Source: an uncultured Bifidobacterium sp.
GTDB lineage: Bacteria > Actinomycetota > Acidimicrobiia > Acidimicrobiales > Ilumatobacteraceae
Direction: 5' to 3'
Assembly (NCBI GenBank): GCA_964563545.1
Contig: CAZLXB010000001.1
Coordinates: 80,064-144,063 of the forward strand
DNA length: 64,000 nucleotides
The notes beneath the pieces were generated by a model. That model saw only the letters and a list, made by a program, of their open reading frames with translations, was not told the origin of the DNA and ran no database searches. A program made the position numbers and the translations under genes. Below, in pieces: positions 1 through 9,499 of this stretch (positions are counted from its first letter, which is position 1; every line of letters starts with the position of its first letter).

Positions 1-58
1 CTCCACCCCGCGTCGTGTACCTCATGCTACGGCCACACATCGCCGAGCCCAACCCGAC

Positions 59-811
59 TCAATCCAGTTGGGCGAGATCCCTCGGGATCAACCAATCCAC
101 CACCCGCAGGAGTTCTTCGGCGAGTCGACGGGAAGCCATCAGGAGGTTGGCGTCGAACTGCTCAGCCGTCGATGTCGGATGGTCGACCAGATCGGTGATC
201 GCCTTCACGGCCGTGAACGGCACCGACATCTGCGAGCACACGTACCCGACCGAAGCCGCTTCCATGTCCTTCACCGCCGCTCCCGATGCCACGATCATGC
301 GTCGATCGGGTTCGGATTCGTCGAGCGAGTTGCCGGTCGTCACCACACCGATCTTGAGGCCGAGTTGGGCGGCCATGTTCCGCAGACTCACCACCGGATG
401 ACGACCGATTCCGTACTCGGCGAATCCTGGCAAGTCGATGCGCCGATCGTGATGCACCACATGGCGATCGCTCACGTACACATCACCGATCTCACCTCCG
501 GCGCGGCTCCAACCGCCCGCGGTACCGGCCGAGATCACCATGTCGGGTTCGAATCGTTCGATCACCGCATAGGTGTTGAGAACGGCGGCGTCGGTGCCGA
601 TCGAGTCGACGCCGTACCGGCGATCGCGGCCGTTCAAGGCGATCAGGATCTCCGCACCGTGACGCCGAGCGGAGAACCACTTCACGGTGAGCGGCGGTGC
701 ACCGTGCACGGCCACCGCCGACAGCGAGACGAGGAGCGAGGAGGCTTCAGCCCCCATCGCCATCACGATCGCAATGCGCCGCACGAAGTCATCGTAGGTT
801 CCCCCGACCAT
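59..811 (-). CDS. Nucleosidase of the MTA/SAH nucleosidase (PNP_UDP_1) family
   Basis: The 250-aa ORF has a layout typical of MtnN/Pfs-like nucleosidases: AIVMAMGAEA near the N-terminus, then ISAGTAGG and KDMEAASV. The overlapping plus-strand ORFs are Arg-rich shadow frames. Confidence 0.7.
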   Translation of the reverse strand: MVGGTYDDFVRRIAIVMAMGAEASSLLVSLSAVAVHGAPPLTVKWFSARRHGAEILIALNGRDRRYGVDSIGTDAAVLNTYAVIERFEPDMVISAGTAGGWSRAGGEIGDVYVSDRHVVHHDRRIDLPGFAEYGIGRHPVVSLRNMAAQLGLKIGVVTTGNSLDESEPDRRMIVASGAAVKDMEAASVGYVCSQMSVPFTAVKAITDLVDHPTSTAEQFDANLLMASRRLAEELLRVVDWLIPRDLAQLD

Positions 812-840
812 CCCGACCGGGACGACTAAGTTGATGACGA

Positions 841-1254
841 ATGGGCATCTTCAAGCGATCACCGCGGGCCACGCGAGCCGAGGTCGACGAGATCCGGTCT
901 CAAGTCGGTGCCCTCGTCGCCCGGATCGAGCAGATCGTCGCGTCCGATTCTTCCCGCGGCGAGCAGCTCGAAACCGTCGTTACCCAATTGCGTCAACTCG
1001 ACGGACGTATCGGTCAGATCGGCAACGAAGTGACGCACCAACTCACCGAACTCTCGACCGACATCGACAAACTCGGGCACAGGACGCAGGATCTCACTGA
1101 TCACATCGGACAACTCACCGAACTGCCTCAGGTGGTCGAGGGAGTTCGCAGCGATCAGGCTCGTCTCGCCAACGAGCAGGCTCGCTACGAAATCGCCTTC
1201 CGGCAGGATCTCGCCGAGGTCGCCGAAATGATCATGAAGAAGCGACCTACCTGA
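841..1254 (+). CDS. Hypothetical coiled-coil protein
   Basis: The 137-aa ORF has an ATG start and a Q/E/L-rich heptad-like sequence. It fills the gap between flanking genes. I recognise no family. Confidence 0.5.
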   Translation: MGIFKRSPRATRAEVDEIRSQVGALVARIEQIVASDSSRGEQLETVVTQLRQLDGRIGQIGNEVTHQLTELSTDIDKLGHRTQDLTDHIGQLTELPQVVEGVRSDQARLANEQARYEIAFRQDLAEVAEMIMKKRPT

Positions 1255-1255
1255 A

Positions 1256-4177
1256 TCACGCGTTCAGCGCGGCCAGAGCCTGACTGATCAGGTCCTGAGC
1301 TTGGGCAACCTTCTCCTGGTAGAGACCAAGATCGCCATCGCGCAGAGCCTGATCAGCTTCGTCGAACACCGCCTCGGCCCGCTCGAGAAGTACGGCCGGA
1401 TCGGTGGACGTGGGAGTTTCGTCATCGGACGGTGTGGTCGGCTCGGTACCGGTGTCGGTCTCGGTGGATGAACCATCGGTCGACACTTCCTTCAGGTCCA
1501 CGTCGGCGGTCGGGAAGAGTCGGTTCACGGCATCCGTGAGGGTGTCGCCGATCACCGAGCGACCGTCGTACCAAGCCAGAACACGACGTACGAACACCTG
1601 CTTCGATCCCGCATCGTCCGGGCGCACATAGAGCGGGCGCACCCACATGACACCGTCCCCGACCGGTATCACCTGCAACTGGCCGAACACCACGCGCGAA
1701 CCGCGTTGATCGAGAAGGGTGATCACCGGCGAGATCTCGGTATCGCTGCCGAGTTCGGCGGCGACGGTCGCCGGACCTTCAGGGAGCGCGCCCTCGATGC
1801 TGTACACCGTGATCTGACCGTAAGTATCGGGATCGCTGGACACCGCCATGAGCGCCCGCAACTCCTTACGGGTGTCATCGGGTGAGAACGGCACGAACGG
1901 ACGGATCAACGAAAACTCGGAAGTGTCCGAGCCCGGAGCGTGGAAGAGCGTGTAGTACGGCTCGAAGCGGCTCACGCGCGCATCGGCGACGTCGCCGGTA
2001 TTGGCTTCGGCCGCCACATCGGTCACCGCGACTCCGGTGGCGCCGACCGTCACGAGTTCGGGCTCGCGGACGGCGGCCTGCGCAACGCTCCACGCCGCGT
2101 CACGGTTGAAGAACTGATCGGCGTCGGAGAATTGGTAGCGGCCGTAGAGATTGGTCTGCACCCGGAACAAGTCTTCGGGGTAACGGAAGTGCGAACGGAG
2201 TTCATCACTGACCTGATCGGCCGGAGTGAAGAGTCCGGGGTAGGCCTTCGACCAAGCCCGCACGATCGGGTCGGTGGGGTCGATCACGTACAGCGTGATA
2301 TCGCCCGTGTACGCGTCGACCACGGCCTTCACGCTGTTGCGCACGTAGTTGAAGTTGTGGTCGAGTCCGGAACCGGGAGTGAGGTTGTCGGTGTTGGCCT
2401 TCTGCGCGTACGGGTAACGAGAGGTCGTGGTGAACGCATCGATCACCCATTGCACCGAACCGTCCACGGCCACGGGGTACGGATCGGCATCCAAATGGAG
2501 GAAAGGAGCGACCTTGGTGACCCGATCGCGCACGTCGCGAATGTGCAGAATCCGCGACGAATCCTCGAGCAGATTCGAACCGAACAGGTTGAACTCGCCG
2601 AAGTGGACAGCCATGGCCAGACGACGGAAAGTGGAGTTCATCCGAATGCCACCTTCGCCTTCGTAGGCGGCAGCTTCGGTGTCGGGACACGCTTGCTCGA
2701 CCTGGTTCGTGTTCACGATCGCGTATCCGGGCTGCTCGGTGCCGAAGTAGAGCTGAGGACGATCGACAGGGAGAGGCTCGTAGATCGGACGGCCATCACT
2801 CGTGACGCGGCTCGCCGAGGCCGAGATCAAACCGCAACCGTGCGTGTAAATGAGATGGCGCGAAACCCACGTACGGTTGGGAATGCCGTCCGAGTTGAGT
2901 TCACGGGCCGCCACGAGTGTCTGCTGGCGACGGCCATCGATCTCGTAACGATCCACATCGAGATCGTTCACGGCGTAGAAAGCGAACTGCCCCTCGTCGA
3001 GAGCGAAGCGATCCCGCATCTCGGTGACGTCGAGCAACCTCGTGTCGGCCAGAGCTGCGGTTCCGGCTTTCACCTCGGTGGGTGTCACATCACCGAGGGT
3101 GACGGGAACGGTCACGACCGAGTCGAGCCCCATCGCCGCCTGAGTGGCTTCGATATTGCGTCCGATGTACGGGCGTTCACGCGTTGTCACGTTCGGTTGC
3201 ACCACGAAACGCTGGATGATCGCCGGATACACGGCACTGGCCACCACGGCGATGATCGCCCACAGAGCCATCGAGAGAAGCGGGAAGCGCCAACCTCCCC
3301 AACGAATGCCGGCCAAGAACAACACGGCAACGAGAAGGCTCACGAGGATCAAGAGGTTGATCGCCGGAAGTTGAGCTTTCACGTCGGTGTAGGTGGCGCC
3401 CTGAACCACACCGCGTGTCGACACCGTGAGTTCGAATCTCTGTAGCCAGTAGTCGACGGCCTTGACGACGGCGAGCAGCGCGAAAAGGACGCTCAGGTGA
3501 ACACGCGCACCCTTGGTCACTCTCTCCTTGGGGGTCTGGACGCGGATCGCACCGTTCAGGAAATGAACGACGGCCGACATGAGAGTCACGAGCACGATCG
3601 CCGCGAATGCCCAGTCGACGACGTACGTGAGGAACGGAAGTCGGAACACGTAGAAACCCACGTCGACCTTGAAGAGCGGATCCTCCACCCCGAACGACTG
3701 CGCATTCCGGAAGAGCAACCACTCCTGCCACTGGCTGACAGCCGGTAGGCCGATCATGATCCCGACCACGATCGACACCACGAAACGCAGCAACCGCGAA
3801 CGACCGGCGACGATGGCCCGATAGCGCTCGACGATCTCGCGTTCAGGACCGAGCGGGAGGTCGGGCGGTGCGAGGCGTTGGGCGAGAGTCAGACTGAAGA
3901 AACAAACAACGGCGAACCCGACGCTGAAAACGGCACCGAGCATGACCTTGGCCCACAACGAGTCCCAGAAGACATTCGAGCGATCGACCGAGTCGAACCA
4001 CAAGAGGTCGACGTAGAAGTTCGAGAGTGATCGCGCCGACAGCACGAGCAGAACGAGGACGACGGCGAGAACGATGACCACCAGTCGGCCACGGGAGGCC
4101 CAGGCCGGACGTCCGGGTCGAGGTAGGCGAGGTCCGCGACGGCGCGGACCTCCGGGAAGGTCCGAGGGGATGCGCAC
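1256..4177 (-). CDS. UPF0182 family integral membrane protein
   Basis: The 973-aa ORF has multiple N-terminal TM helices, a large soluble region and an acidic S/T-rich tail. Its size and layout match actinobacterial UPF0182 proteins. The start is GTG at 4177. Confidence 0.85.
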   Translation of the reverse strand: MRIPSDLPGGPRRRGPRLPRPGRPAWASRGRLVVIVLAVVLVLLVLSARSLSNFYVDLLWFDSVDRSNVFWDSLWAKVMLGAVFSVGFAVVCFFSLTLAQRLAPPDLPLGPEREIVERYRAIVAGRSRLLRFVVSIVVGIMIGLPAVSQWQEWLLFRNAQSFGVEDPLFKVDVGFYVFRLPFLTYVVDWAFAAIVLVTLMSAVVHFLNGAIRVQTPKERVTKGARVHLSVLFALLAVVKAVDYWLQRFELTVSTRGVVQGATYTDVKAQLPAINLLILVSLLVAVLFLAGIRWGGWRFPLLSMALWAIIAVVASAVYPAIIQRFVVQPNVTTRERPYIGRNIEATQAAMGLDSVVTVPVTLGDVTPTEVKAGTAALADTRLLDVTEMRDRFALDEGQFAFYAVNDLDVDRYEIDGRRQQTLVAARELNSDGIPNRTWVSRHLIYTHGCGLISASASRVTSDGRPIYEPLPVDRPQLYFGTEQPGYAIVNTNQVEQACPDTEAAAYEGEGGIRMNSTFRRLAMAVHFGEFNLFGSNLLEDSSRILHIRDVRDRVTKVAPFLHLDADPYPVAVDGSVQWVIDAFTTTSRYPYAQKANTDNLTPGSGLDHNFNYVRNSVKAVVDAYTGDITLYVIDPTDPIVRAWSKAYPGLFTPADQVSDELRSHFRYPEDLFRVQTNLYGRYQFSDADQFFNRDAAWSVAQAAVREPELVTVGATGVAVTDVAAEANTGDVADARVSRFEPYYTLFHAPGSDTSEFSLIRPFVPFSPDDTRKELRALMAVSSDPDTYGQITVYSIEGALPEGPATVAAELGSDTEISPVITLLDQRGSRVVFGQLQVIPVGDGVMWVRPLYVRPDDAGSKQVFVRRVLAWYDGRSVIGDTLTDAVNRLFPTADVDLKEVSTDGSSTETDTGTEPTTPSDDETPTSTDPAVLLERAEAVFDEADQALRDGDLGLYQEKVAQAQDLISQALAALNA

Positions 4178-4186
4178 GCTGCGAGA

Positions 4187-6091
4187 TTAGTTGTGATTCG
4201 GCACGATGGCACAGCGGCACCCGGCATGCGCCGGGGCGTGAGTGTGACCGGTGGGAAATGCTTCACAGCCGGCGATCGGACCGGCGAGTGAATTGTCCTC
4301 GGCGTCGGCACAGGCCGGACCGGCCGGGTCGAATTTCCAGCACACGTTCATGTCGGGAGTGAGCACCGCCAGGGCTCCACGGCCGTATGCGGTGTAGGCG
4401 ATGTCGTTGATCGTCTCGTCGACGATCTGGTTCTTCCATTCGCGGTACACCACACGCACGAGTGACGAGAGTTCCGCGTTGCTTCCATCCGCCTGCGAGA
4501 TACAGCGGCTGAGTCGCTCGCGCAGCGGCTCGACGATGGATGTCACGATGAATTCGTCGATCGCCTTCATCTGCTTGGCCACGGCGGTGCTGAGATCACG
4601 ATCGGAGGGCATGCTTCCCGATGCGTGCAACGACCGTGCACCGGCCACCGCAGCCGACTTGATCGAGGGAGCCAGCGCAGCGCAGAAGCGCTTCGCGTGC
4701 TCACTCTTCGGTCCGACGATGGCATCGAGCGTCTTCACGACCGCCTTGCCGCGCAATGTGTCGAGAATCTGATTCTGTTCATCGGCCAGCACACGCTTCG
4801 TCTTGCGACCCATGGTCAAGGTGAGCGGAACAAGGATCTCGTCGCGCGTCTCGAACACGGTGGCCGACTCGACCACCTCGGCCGCGTCGATCACCGACAC
4901 AACCGAAGCAACCGGCTCATCGTCGGCTTGCTCGGCGGCGTCACCGGCCTTGGTCGCCTCTTCGGCGACGACCGTTGCACTTGCTCGACGCAGTTTGGCG
5001 AAGATGTCGTCGGCACCTGCCGCACCCGAACGCTCCGTCCTTGCGGACTTGCCGGTCGACTTCGGCTCGGGGCTCGTCTCGGATTTGCCGAACAGAGGCA
5101 CCACATTCGACGGCGTGGTCTTGAGTTCGACCACCGGTGCGGGCAGAGTCACTTCTTCCTCGACGGCTGTTTCTTCCTCGACGGTTTCGACGGCTTCGGC
5201 GACAACATCGCCCGCGACTTCCGCGTCGTCATCGGATTCATCGACTTCGGGGATGATCGTCTCGACCGGGATCGACCGTTCGAACGACGGGTGCATCGCG
5301 CGCGGCTCCTCCTCATCGTGGTCCTGGTCGTAGAACGGAGTACGAGCAACCGGCGCCATCGTTGGTTCGGACGACTCGTCGAGTTCCTCGACCGGCACCA
5401 TGATCGGGATCGGTCCGGTGGTCATGGCGAGATTCACGTAGGCAGCCGGTTCTTCCCCGACGTCGCTGAGATCACGCAGAACGTCGTCGGTTGCGATGCG
5501 TGCGCGCTCGAATGCCTGAACGAGCCGGTCGCGCCCATGGAAGAGATCTTCGATCTGTTCACGCGCGAGTTCACGGCGTCTCGAAACGTCGGCGAGCACC
5601 CGCTCGCGGTAGGCCCGAGCCTCGTTCACCATGTCGCGGCCCTGTTGCTTGGCCATCAGGATTTCGGCTTCGGCATCGGCGGTCGCGTCCTGGCGAATGC
5701 GCTCACCCTCGAGTTCGGCCTCCTCACGAATCCGAGTCGCCTCGTCGGTCGCGTCACGCACGAGACGCTGGGCGGTCTCTTCGGCGCGCGAACGGAACTT
5801 CGCCGCCGCCTCCCGGGCGGCCTGGATGATCCGGGCCGTCTCTTCTCCCAGCACCTCGGCCAATTTGTCCTCGTCGAGTTCACCCGGGATGATCCCGACG
5901 TCGGTCGGGCGGGTCAGGAGTTCGCGTTCGAGAAAACGCTCCCTCTCCTGAAGACGGGACAACTCGGCGGCGACCATCCGCAGGAAGTCACGGACCTCAT
6001 TGGGGTCGAAGCCGCGGCGGGTCGTCGGGAAAGCCGCCCCGGCCACTGCGGCGGGGGACGACGGATCGGGACGCGAAAAGGAGATGGCCAT
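4187..6091 (-). CDS. DivIVA-domain protein with a long coiled coil, an acidic linker and a Cys/His-rich C-terminal domain
   Basis: The N-terminus carries FPTTRRGFDPNEVRDFLRMVAAEL, a DivIVA signature. A Glu/Arg coiled coil and an acidic low-complexity stretch follow. The C-terminus reads VCWKFDPAGPACADAEDNSLAGPIAGCEAFPTGHTHAPAHAGCRCAIVP. I chose the ATG at 6091; a GTG at 6157 that overlaps the upstream stop is an alternative start. Confidence 0.8.
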   Translation of the reverse strand: MAISFSRPDPSSPAAVAGAAFPTTRRGFDPNEVRDFLRMVAAELSRLQERERFLERELLTRPTDVGIIPGELDEDKLAEVLGEETARIIQAAREAAAKFRSRAEETAQRLVRDATDEATRIREEAELEGERIRQDATADAEAEILMAKQQGRDMVNEARAYRERVLADVSRRRELAREQIEDLFHGRDRLVQAFERARIATDDVLRDLSDVGEEPAAYVNLAMTTGPIPIMVPVEELDESSEPTMAPVARTPFYDQDHDEEEPRAMHPSFERSIPVETIIPEVDESDDDAEVAGDVVAEAVETVEEETAVEEEVTLPAPVVELKTTPSNVVPLFGKSETSPEPKSTGKSARTERSGAAGADDIFAKLRRASATVVAEEATKAGDAAEQADDEPVASVVSVIDAAEVVESATVFETRDEILVPLTLTMGRKTKRVLADEQNQILDTLRGKAVVKTLDAIVGPKSEHAKRFCAALAPSIKSAAVAGARSLHASGSMPSDRDLSTAVAKQMKAIDEFIVTSIVEPLRERLSRCISQADGSNAELSSLVRVVYREWKNQIVDETINDIAYTAYGRGALAVLTPDMNVCWKFDPAGPACADAEDNSLAGPIAGCEAFPTGHTHAPAHAGCRCAIVPNHN

Positions 6092-6153
6092 CGGAGTGAG
6101 GGTATGAAACCGCAGGTGAAAAGGGGTGGCAATCGCGACCACCCTCGTCGGGT

Positions 6154-7323
6154 TCACCCCCTTTGAACTGGGCTTCCTCCCCGTTTGGCCAGTGCGGCGA
6201 GGGCATCCCCGAGCGACTCGACGGTGACGATCTCGACATCGTCACCCACGGCCAGACGGGCGGCCTCGATCTCGGCCTCGGATTGGCTCGCCGGCACCAG
6301 GAACAACCCGGCACCCGAGCGCCGGACGGCCACGGCCTTTTGGACGAGGGCCCCTATGGGACCCACCGATCCGTCCTCGGCCATGGTGCCCGTGGCCGCA
6401 ACACCCCCGGGTGGGCTCAATTCACCCGGCGACAGTTCGTCGATCAGAGCGAGAGTGAACGCCAACCCCGCCGACGGCCCGCCGATGCGGTCGGTGTCGA
6501 AGTCGACGTCGACCGGCAACACGACCGTGCGCGTATCGCGCGCGTTGAAGCCGACAATCGTGCGCGTCGGATCATTCGGGCTCGCCATCAACTCGACTTC
6601 GACCGTGCGAACCTCGTCGTCCGGAACATCGATACCGCGCACCTTCAAGATGACTCGGTCACCGGGTCGGGACGAGGCCAGCGCTTCCGACAGATCGCTG
6701 ACGACGCGAACTCCATAGACGGCGCCATCGGAAGTTCCGGGTATCTCGACCGACACGATCGTGTCACCGACTTCGAGAACGCGGCAGGCGCGATCGGCCG
6801 GCGCGTCATCCGGGCAGAGTTCGGAGTCGAACGAGCCGACCTGTGCAACTCCTTCGTCGAGTCGGGCATCGAGTCCGAGATAATCGAAGGCCACGTAGGC
6901 CGCGATCTCCTTGGCCGTCGCCATGGCTCCGAGTTGAATCTCGCGATCGAGGTCGGGCTCACAACTCCCGAATCGCTCCTCGCACGTCTGCACTTTCACG
7001 TAAGGATCGATCCAACCCATGAACGCCTCGAGTGGTGTGAGTCGTCCACCGAGAGCGGTCACGAACCTCACGCTCTGGTCGGGTGCGTGGAGTTCGATCC
7101 CGGCCGCCGAGGCCGCCACCGGGTCGATGATCAGCTTCGACTCCACCCGAGGCGCCGAACCCGGGGCCGTCGAGTAGCGCTGCAGGGGCCAGAACATCGC
7201 CCCGATCACGGCGACGATGGCCACGAAAGCGATGGTTGCCAAGGGGACACCCCAGATCGGGGGCTTCCCCACACCGGTTCCTTGAGCAACTACCGTTTCG
7301 TGTTGCGTGTCGATCTCTGACAT
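6154..7323 (-). CDS. PDZ-domain plus Lon-like (S16) serine protease, membrane anchored (YlbL/SdrC-like)
   Basis: An N-terminal TM helix (IWGVPLATIAFVAIVAVIGAMFW) precedes a PDZ-like middle region. The C-terminus has IGGPSAGLAFTLALIDEL, the Lon proteolytic serine motif. I chose the ATG at 7323; the ORF stays open up to 7635. Confidence 0.8.
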   Translation of the reverse strand: MSEIDTQHETVVAQGTGVGKPPIWGVPLATIAFVAIVAVIGAMFWPLQRYSTAPGSAPRVESKLIIDPVAASAAGIELHAPDQSVRFVTALGGRLTPLEAFMGWIDPYVKVQTCEERFGSCEPDLDREIQLGAMATAKEIAAYVAFDYLGLDARLDEGVAQVGSFDSELCPDDAPADRACRVLEVGDTIVSVEIPGTSDGAVYGVRVVSDLSEALASSRPGDRVILKVRGIDVPDDEVRTVEVELMASPNDPTRTIVGFNARDTRTVVLPVDVDFDTDRIGGPSAGLAFTLALIDELSPGELSPPGGVAATGTMAEDGSVGPIGALVQKAVAVRRSGAGLFLVPASQSEAEIEAARLAVGDDVEIVTVESLGDALAALAKRGGSPVQRG

Positions 7324-7618
7324 CACCGTTCGCGTCGCCGTCATCGCCGGGTGCGCCCTCGTGGCCCTCCTCGTGATCGGCTGGAGACAGCCTGCCAGAG
7401 GTGTCGCCTCGACTCCACGCAGTCGGTCCGCGGAGGCCATCGAACCCCCGACATCGGCCCGCCGACGGATCCGACGCCAGGCTCTTGATTTGTCCGCCCT
7501 CGGTGGAGTTGCATTGTTGGCGGGGGTCGTTGTTGCCACATTGGTGTCCGTTGCCATGTCCTGGTTGGTCACCAACATCATCGATCGCCTCTGACCTACC
7601 CCTACAGGTGAGAAATTC

Positions 7619-8221
7619 GTGACCGACAACACCAATCAGAACATCGTCGAACTTCGGCGCGCCATCGTCATCGCCGGTCACTCCGGTGACGAAGCGACCG
7701 TCCGTGCCGCCCTCACCCATTCATCGGGCTCGGTGCGCGACGCCGCCTTGGGCGCGATGGCCCGCCTCGGGCTGCTCACCCACGATCTCGCCCTGGCCGC
7801 CATGTCCGACAAGGACGCACGGGTGAGGAGTCGTATCGCCGAACTATCCGTCGATCTCCCCGGCCTCGATCTCGCGCCACTTCTCGACGACCACGATCCG
7901 ATGGTGGTCGAAATGGCCGCCTGGACGTGTGGCGAACACGAGACGGTCGCCGATCACATCATCGCGAAACTCATCCAGTTGTGCACCGGGCACGAAGAAC
8001 CACTGGTGCGCGAAGCCGCAGTGGCTGCACTCGGTGCGATCGGCGATGAACGCGCATTGAAGGCCATCCTCACCGCGTGCAACGACAAGCCGGCCGTGCG
8101 CCGTCGGGCCGTGCTCGCGCTCGCACCCTTCGACGGTCCGGACGTGAAGGCCGCGCTCACTACCGCCCTCGAGGATCGTGATTGGCAGGTCCGTCAGGCC
8201 GCCGAAGATCTTCTCGGCTGA
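7619..8221 (+). CDS. HEAT-repeat protein
   Basis: The 200-aa ORF has repeated ~30-aa units (VRxAAxxALGxxG, e.g. VRDAALGAMARLG, VREAAVAALGAIG, VRRRAVLALAPF, VRQAAEDLLG). These are typical of HEAT/PBS-lyase-like repeats. Confidence 0.7.
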   Translation: MTDNTNQNIVELRRAIVIAGHSGDEATVRAALTHSSGSVRDAALGAMARLGLLTHDLALAAMSDKDARVRSRIAELSVDLPGLDLAPLLDDHDPMVVEMAAWTCGEHETVADHIIAKLIQLCTGHEEPLVREAAVAALGAIGDERALKAILTACNDKPAVRRRAVLALAPFDGPDVKAALTTALEDRDWQVRQAAEDLLG

Positions 8222-8223
8222 AT

Positions 8224-8790
8224 TCAGATTCCTTCGAGAATCAGCAGCACACCGAAAACCACGAAAGAAATCGTCGCACCAATACGGATCCAGCGCTCGG
8301 GAAGGCGCTGACCGAGTTGCCGGCCCACCACGATCGCCAATGCATCGGCGGCAACCATCCCGAGGGTCGACCCGAGCCAGGTGCCCACGACTCCTTCACG
8401 GGTCGCGAGTGTGATCGTCGCCAACATCGTCTTGTCACCGAGCTCGGCGAGAAAGAATGCGACGCTTGCGGCAACGACAGCATTTCTCGTCGACTTCTCC
8501 GCCTGCCCCGCTTCTTCATCGGACAGCTCGTCGCCTCGCAATGTCCACGCTGCGAAGAACAAGAAGGCGATACCGGCGAGAATGGCAATGGTGTCGGTCG
8601 GGAGACGCGCTCCGACCACGGCTCCGACTCCGACGCTGATCGCATGAGTGAAAGCGGTGGCGATCGTGATTCCGAGTAGTACCGGCCACGGCTTGTAACG
8701 CGCGGCGAAGGCGAGAGCCATGAGTTGGCTCTTGTCGCCGAGTTCGGCCACGAAGATCACGCCGAAACTGATGAAAAAGGCCGAAAGCAT
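8224..8790 (-). CDS. GDT1/TMEM165 (UPF0016) family cation transporter
   Basis: The 188-aa polytopic membrane ORF has two copies of the family signature E-x-G-D-K-[ST] (ELGDKSQL and ELGDKTML). Confidence 0.85.
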   Translation of the reverse strand: MLSAFFISFGVIFVAELGDKSQLMALAFAARYKPWPVLLGITIATAFTHAISVGVGAVVGARLPTDTIAILAGIAFLFFAAWTLRGDELSDEEAGQAEKSTRNAVVAASVAFFLAELGDKTMLATITLATREGVVGTWLGSTLGMVAADALAIVVGRQLGQRLPERWIRIGATISFVVFGVLLILEGI

Positions 8791-8816
8791 GACGATGCGA
8801 CATTACCCTCGCTGCC

Positions 8817-9458
8817 ATGGGCCACCTTCTTCCCGATGAGGCGGTGATCGCCGCCTATCGCGAACTCCGGGAGCGCGTGATTGATCTGCTCCGATCGCTC
8901 ACCGAAGAGCAAGGATTGCTCGTGGTACCGGCGTGTCCGGCCTGGACCATCGCCGAACTCGCGTCCCACATGGTCGGAGTTCCCGAGGACATCCTCAGCG
9001 GACGAATGGAAGGGGTCACGACCGAAGCCTGGACTCGAGCCCAGGTCGATCGACATCGTGGCGCTTCACCCGTCGAACTCGCCAACCGCCTTGCGGCGAC
9101 GATCGAAAGTTTCGATGCCGTCCTTCCTCATATTCCATCGCCAACCAATTCGCAGATGGTGATGGACGCGGTCACCCACGAATTGGACTTGCACGGTGCC
9201 CTCGGGCGACCCGGTGTCCACGATTCATCGGCCGTGAAGGTTGGGCTCGGCTGGCTTCTCGATCGTGCCGCGTCTCACGACCCCGTCCTCGTCGATCGGC
9301 TTCGTGCGTCCGGGGCGTCCGACTTCGACATCTTGCGGTCGCTCAGCGGTCGGCGAACTCTCGAGCAGATCAACGCCATTGGCCTCGATGCGGAAGAAGT
9401 GGCGCGCCTTCTCGACGGGTCTCCCCTGCGGCTACCCGATCGACCGGTGGAATCCTGA
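8817..9458 (+). CDS. DinB-like, mycothiol-dependent maleylpyruvate isomerase N-terminal domain family protein
   Basis: The 213-aa ORF has the N-terminal pattern AAYRELRERVIDLL...PACPAWTIAELASHMVG. This is characteristic of actinobacterial TIGR03083-type DinB-fold proteins. Confidence 0.7.
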   Translation: MGHLLPDEAVIAAYRELRERVIDLLRSLTEEQGLLVVPACPAWTIAELASHMVGVPEDILSGRMEGVTTEAWTRAQVDRHRGASPVELANRLAATIESFDAVLPHIPSPTNSQMVMDAVTHELDLHGALGRPGVHDSSAVKVGLGWLLDRAASHDPVLVDRLRASGASDFDILRSLSGRRTLEQINAIGLDAEEVARLLDGSPLRLPDRPVES

Positions 9459-9469
9459 TCGAAGTTGTC

Positions 9470-9492
9470 GTTTAGTCATTTATTGACTAAAC
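9470..9492. promoter_or_regulatory. Perfect 9-bp inverted repeat, candidate operator upstream of modA
   Basis: The sequence is GTTTAGTCA-TTTAT-TGACTAAAC. It is an AT-rich island in GC-rich DNA within the 41-nt gap before the modA ATG at 9500. Confidence 0.5.
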
Positions 9493-9499
9493 AGATGGA

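Noticed and set aside
5150-5200. Short tandem-like repeats and low-complexity tracts. These are TTCTTCCTCGACGG x2 at 5150-5200, GAC/GAA runs at 27770-27850, and Arg/Gly-coding runs at 48560-48830 and 63530-63670. I checked whether they might be CRISPR or satellite repeats.
   Set aside because: All lie inside coding regions and encode acidic or Arg/Gly-rich low-complexity protein segments. There is no repeat-spacer periodicity.
6092-6157. An alternative GTG start at 6157 for the DivIVA-domain gene, forming a GTGA overlap with the PDZ-Lon stop.
   Set aside because: The 22 extra codons contain several T-ending or rare codons (TTT x2, CAT, ATT, AGG), unlike the downstream coding region. The ATG at 6091 is followed at once by the DivIVA-like sequence. 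I keep it as a possible alternative rather than the call.
7307-7594. A 95-aa plus-strand ORF with two hydrophobic segments, lying in the 296-nt gap between the PDZ-Lon gene and the HEAT-repeat gene.
   Set aside because: It has a GTG start overlapping the PDZ-Lon start region, no recognisable family, and mixed codon quality. The same DNA is also open in the PDZ-Lon frame up to 7635. I cannot decide from sequence alone, so I did not call it.
9459-9499. A molybdenum-cofactor riboswitch upstream of modA.
   Set aside because: The intergenic region is only 41 nt, far too short for a Moco riboswitch. The only structure present is the short AT-rich palindrome.
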